Positions 26,310 to 28,813 of a stretch of DNA of 28,813 nucleotides are shown here, one piece after another. Both the position numbers and the translations under genes were made by a program. The notes under the pieces are model-generated. The model had not been told where the DNA came from, did no database searches, and was given only the letters and a program-made list of their open reading frames with translations. Source of the DNA: Thermoproteota archaeon (GTDB lineage: Archaea > Asgardarchaeota > Jordiarchaeia > Jordiarchaeales > Freyrarchaeaceae); NCBI GenBank assembly GCA_029258835.1, contig JAPDJY010000052.1:1-28813 (forward strand), in the 5' to 3' direction. Numbering within the stretch: the first letter of the stretch is position 1; every line of letters starts with the position of its first letter.

Positions 26310-27443
26310 CTACTCCCAGCTTTCGCAGGGAGCTTCCTGATTCATCGGGAAGGCTTGCCCGGAAGCCACCTCCATGTAGGAGGTGGTTCTGGGTAGAGGT
26401 CTTCTCTCCAGCAGGCTATCAGGGCTGTCCCATCCCCTCATCCTTATTCTACATGCTGAAATGTAATCTCTTAGTTTATTCTTATAATTCAACCCTTCGG
26501 ATGTGCCTCTTGGATTTACTTTCACCACCCGAATACCGGCTTTTTCAGCTTTGTATTCGAGTAGTTGAAGGAATTTACCCCAAGAGGCATCTAATATCTT
26601 TTGGGCTAAGCTATGATTTTTTACCATTTTTAATGTTTAGATTTTCGACACAGATAACATCGTAGGTATCAACATAAAATCTCGATAATTTGTGAAGAAA
26701 ATCATTCCTTTGGTTTACCAATTTCTCATACTTCTTTGCCAATTTCTTTCTTTGTTTTTCATAATTCTTTGAGCCTCTCTTTTTCCTCGACAGCCTCTTT
26801 TGCTCGATTTTTATTCTTTTCAAGGCTTTCTCGTAAAATCTTGGATTTTCTATTTGCCTTCCCTCGCTATCTGTAAGGAAATACCTTATCCCAACATCTA
26901 TGCCTATAACTTTCTTGGGTTTTCCTCTAATCGCTTTGATTCCCTTTTCAACACATATGCAAGCGAACCATTTGCCAGAGTTATGCCTTTTTATTATTAC
27001 CTGCTTTATTTTCCCATCTATGGGTCTGTGAATTTTAATCGGAATATTGCCAATTTTTGACAAATGTAGCCTATCCAGTCTTTTACCAGTCCTTATGATT
27101 TTGAATCCAGATTGGTTATAAACAAAGGTTTTGAACCATTTTCCTTTATAACGCAATTTTCCAACTTTCTTACCTTTTTCTTTAGCTTAGATAGAGCCTT
27201 TAGATTCGAATAGAGCTGATAAAGAACCATTTGCAAAACCTTTGAATAGACTTTTTTCAATTCTGGTTTTTCTTTTTTCAGATTGGGTAATTCAGCCTGT
27301 AACTCTAATCTACTTGGAACTTTATCGCTTTTCCTAATTCTTGAGAGAAGGTAATTATAAGTTTGCCTACATATTTCTAAAGTCTCCAGTAGTTTTTCTT
27401 CTTGCTCTTTAGTTGGGTATAACCTAAATTTGTAAGTTATCAT
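26310..27443 (-). pseudogene. tnpB: TnpB, split by two frameshifts (ORFs 27093-27443, 26611-27156, 26310-26627)
   Basis: YKFRLYPT HTH; RuvC motifs GIDVG, CVENLNI, RDYISA; no zinc finger. Confidence 0.9.
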
Positions 27444-27850
27444 TGTTTTTCACCTTGAGACTCAACATATTTCTTCAAAACTTCTAAAGTCACTTGCCCA
27501 GTAGTTGCAAGAAAATAACTCCTTGACCAAAACATACCTTTCCAAAGCTTCTTCTTTACTTCTGAAAATTTCCTTTGAATTTCCCTCGAAGTTATAGTTT
27601 TTATAGCGTTCAAGTATTTCGGTATATTCAGAGTTGATTTTGCCTTGAATATCATATGGAAACGGTCTTTGTCACACTCTACGCATAAACCTCAACATCA
27701 AAAGTTTGGCTAATTTTCATGAATTTTTTGCTTGAGAAAGTCTACTATCTTTTCGTTGTCAAAAACTTTTCTTCTATATTTCACACATTGAACCAAGTGG
27801 TATTGTAATGCATAAACTGAATGATTGCTTTTATCAAGCTTATATCTCAT
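27440..27850 (-). pseudogene. tnpA: IS200 Y1 transposase TnpA, frameshifted
   Basis: MRYKLDKSNHSVYALQYHLVQCVKYRRKVF.. then stop/frameshift near 27680-27715; HUH motif reads DRFH; C-terminal FWSRSYF..TTG..KKYVESQ. Confidence 0.88.
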
Positions 27851-28003
27851 AGTTATGTCATTGTTTAAATAACTATAGATAATTTTTGGCTGCTCCCATC
27901 TCCACCCTTTCGGATGGAGACTTCCCGCAGCAAGAGTTAAAAATTTAAAACATAGTTCATAGTTCTGAGGATCTCTCTTTTAGGAGAGGGTTGGTGGGCT
28001 AAG

Positions 28004-28660
28004 GTGCAAGTGGCTGTTTCTCCCATGGCTTTGGTTAAGGTGCTTGATGTGGCTTTACGAGATAAGAGTAGGGAGGTTGCAGGATTTCTTGTCGGTAGGG
28101 TTGAAGGGGAGCGGGTTCTCGTGTATGATGGGGTTTGGATGGGGGAGGTTGGTGGAGGAGTACGGGTGGAAGTAGACTTTAACGCCATGGCTAAGCTGGT
28201 TGACAAGTTAGAGAGGGAGGGAGGAAGGGAGGTTATAGTAGGATGGTGGCATAGCCATCCTGGGATGGGAGCTGATTTCATGTCTGGAGTTGATATTAAG
28301 ACGCAACAGATTTACCAGGCGTTTCTCCCTCAAGCGGTAGCGTTGGTTGTTGACCCCGTGGAATATGAGAGGACAGGAAGAATTTACGAGAGAAGCTGCA
28401 GTTTCTACGTGGTCGAGAACGAGAAGTACAAGAAGGTTCCCTTTGAGGTAGAGTTTAACCTCGACGAAATGGTAAGAGTAGGGATCATCGCACTACAGAG
28501 GAAACATGCAGGAGAGGCGTATAAGGAGGTAAAGGTGTACCACCCTGTAACAGTGCTTAAGGAGAGGGAGGAGGAAATCCCCTTCTGGGAGCTAGTTTCC
28601 GTTGCCTTATTGATCTGGACCTTAACAATGGCTTCTCTTCTCTGGATTTTTACGGGATGA
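28004..28660 (+). CDS. JAMM/MPN+ metalloprotease with C-terminal transmembrane helix
   Basis: REVAGFLVG and VGWWHSHPGMGADFMSGVD (E..HxH..SxxD), VALVVDP; hydrophobic tail FWELVSVALLIWTLTMASLLWIFTG. Confidence 0.88.
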   Translation: MQVAVSPMALVKVLDVALRDKSREVAGFLVGRVEGERVLVYDGVWMGEVGGGVRVEVDFNAMAKLVDKLEREGGREVIVGWWHSHPGMGADFMSGVDIKTQQIYQAFLPQAVALVVDPVEYERTGRIYERSCSFYVVENEKYKKVPFEVEFNLDEMVRVGIIALQRKHAGEAYKEVKVYHPVTVLKEREEEIPFWELVSVALLIWTLTMASLLWIFTG

Positions 28661-28675
28661 AGTGTCCTCTTTTCA

Positions 28676-28813
28676 AGGCGCCTTGCGAAACTGTTAAATA
28701 CTTGGTAGACATATATGGAACATTGGTAGAATGTAAGATTGTTAAATCCTCATAATTCGACTAAAACCTGTCCCACATGTGGTGGAAGGATGAAGCACCG
28801 AAAGGGGCAGGTT
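28676..28813 (+). pseudogene. tnpB: tnpB C-terminal remnant, running off the window
   Basis: 28742-28813 translates LNPHNSTKTCPTCGGRMKHRKGQV (TnpB NP..TS..CxxCG ribbon); the frame is closed upstream by TAG at 28727. Confidence 0.6.

Larger units (their letters stand above)
26305..27936 (-). mobile_element. IS200/IS605-family element (tnpA + tnpB), decayed
   Basis: AT-rich block. Left-end hairpin TCTCCACCC-TTTC-GGATGGAGA within GCTGC..GCAGC (27889-27931). Right-end hairpin CTCCCTGCGAAAGCTGGGAG followed by TAGTTCAC. Boundaries approximate. Confidence 0.88.

Noticed and set aside
668-28281. Numerous short antisense or overlapping ORFs (e.g. 668-1357, 5219-5806, 12853-13296, 21109-21714, 23962-24468, 27937-28281)
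   Set aside because: They lie opposite well-supported genes, are Ser/Leu/Phe-rich shadows and contain no motifs.

Overview
Archaeal window, most likely from a thermophilic Asgard-type archaeon (inferred from the Rag-like GTPase, longin/DENN-like and arrestin-fold proteins, JAMM protease, eukaryote-like SECIS and archaeal LeuRS). Three things stand out that the ORF track misses. (1) All three tRNA genes are heavily interrupted by non-canonical bulge-helix-bulge (BHB) introns: tRNA-Asp(GUC) has 4, tRNA-Pro(UGG) has 5 and tRNA-Glu(CUC) has 3, i.e. 12 introns with none at the canonical 37/38 site. (2) Two selenoprotein genes (hdrA and vhuD/mvhD) each carry two in-frame TGA codons at conserved Cys positions, and each is followed by a 3'-UTR SECIS-like element. 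The two elements share an extra TAAGC hairpin arm in a three-way junction. (3) A minus-strand cluster encodes a CBS protein, a folliculin/NPRL2-like longin protein, a membrane C25 protease, an FrhB-family protein, a Rag GTPase-roadblock protein and an arrestin-fold protein. Three of these otherwise unrelated proteins end in the same ~90-aa domain, suggesting a redox/energy-coupled Rag signalling module. Also present: a LAGLIDADG-domain ORF, methanogen-type SerRS, LeuRS, an acetyltransferase, a second FrhB, a glycyl-radical enzyme operon, a decayed IS200/IS605 element, a tail-anchored JAMM protease and a second tnpB remnant. All calls come from manual motif recognition; no searches were run.
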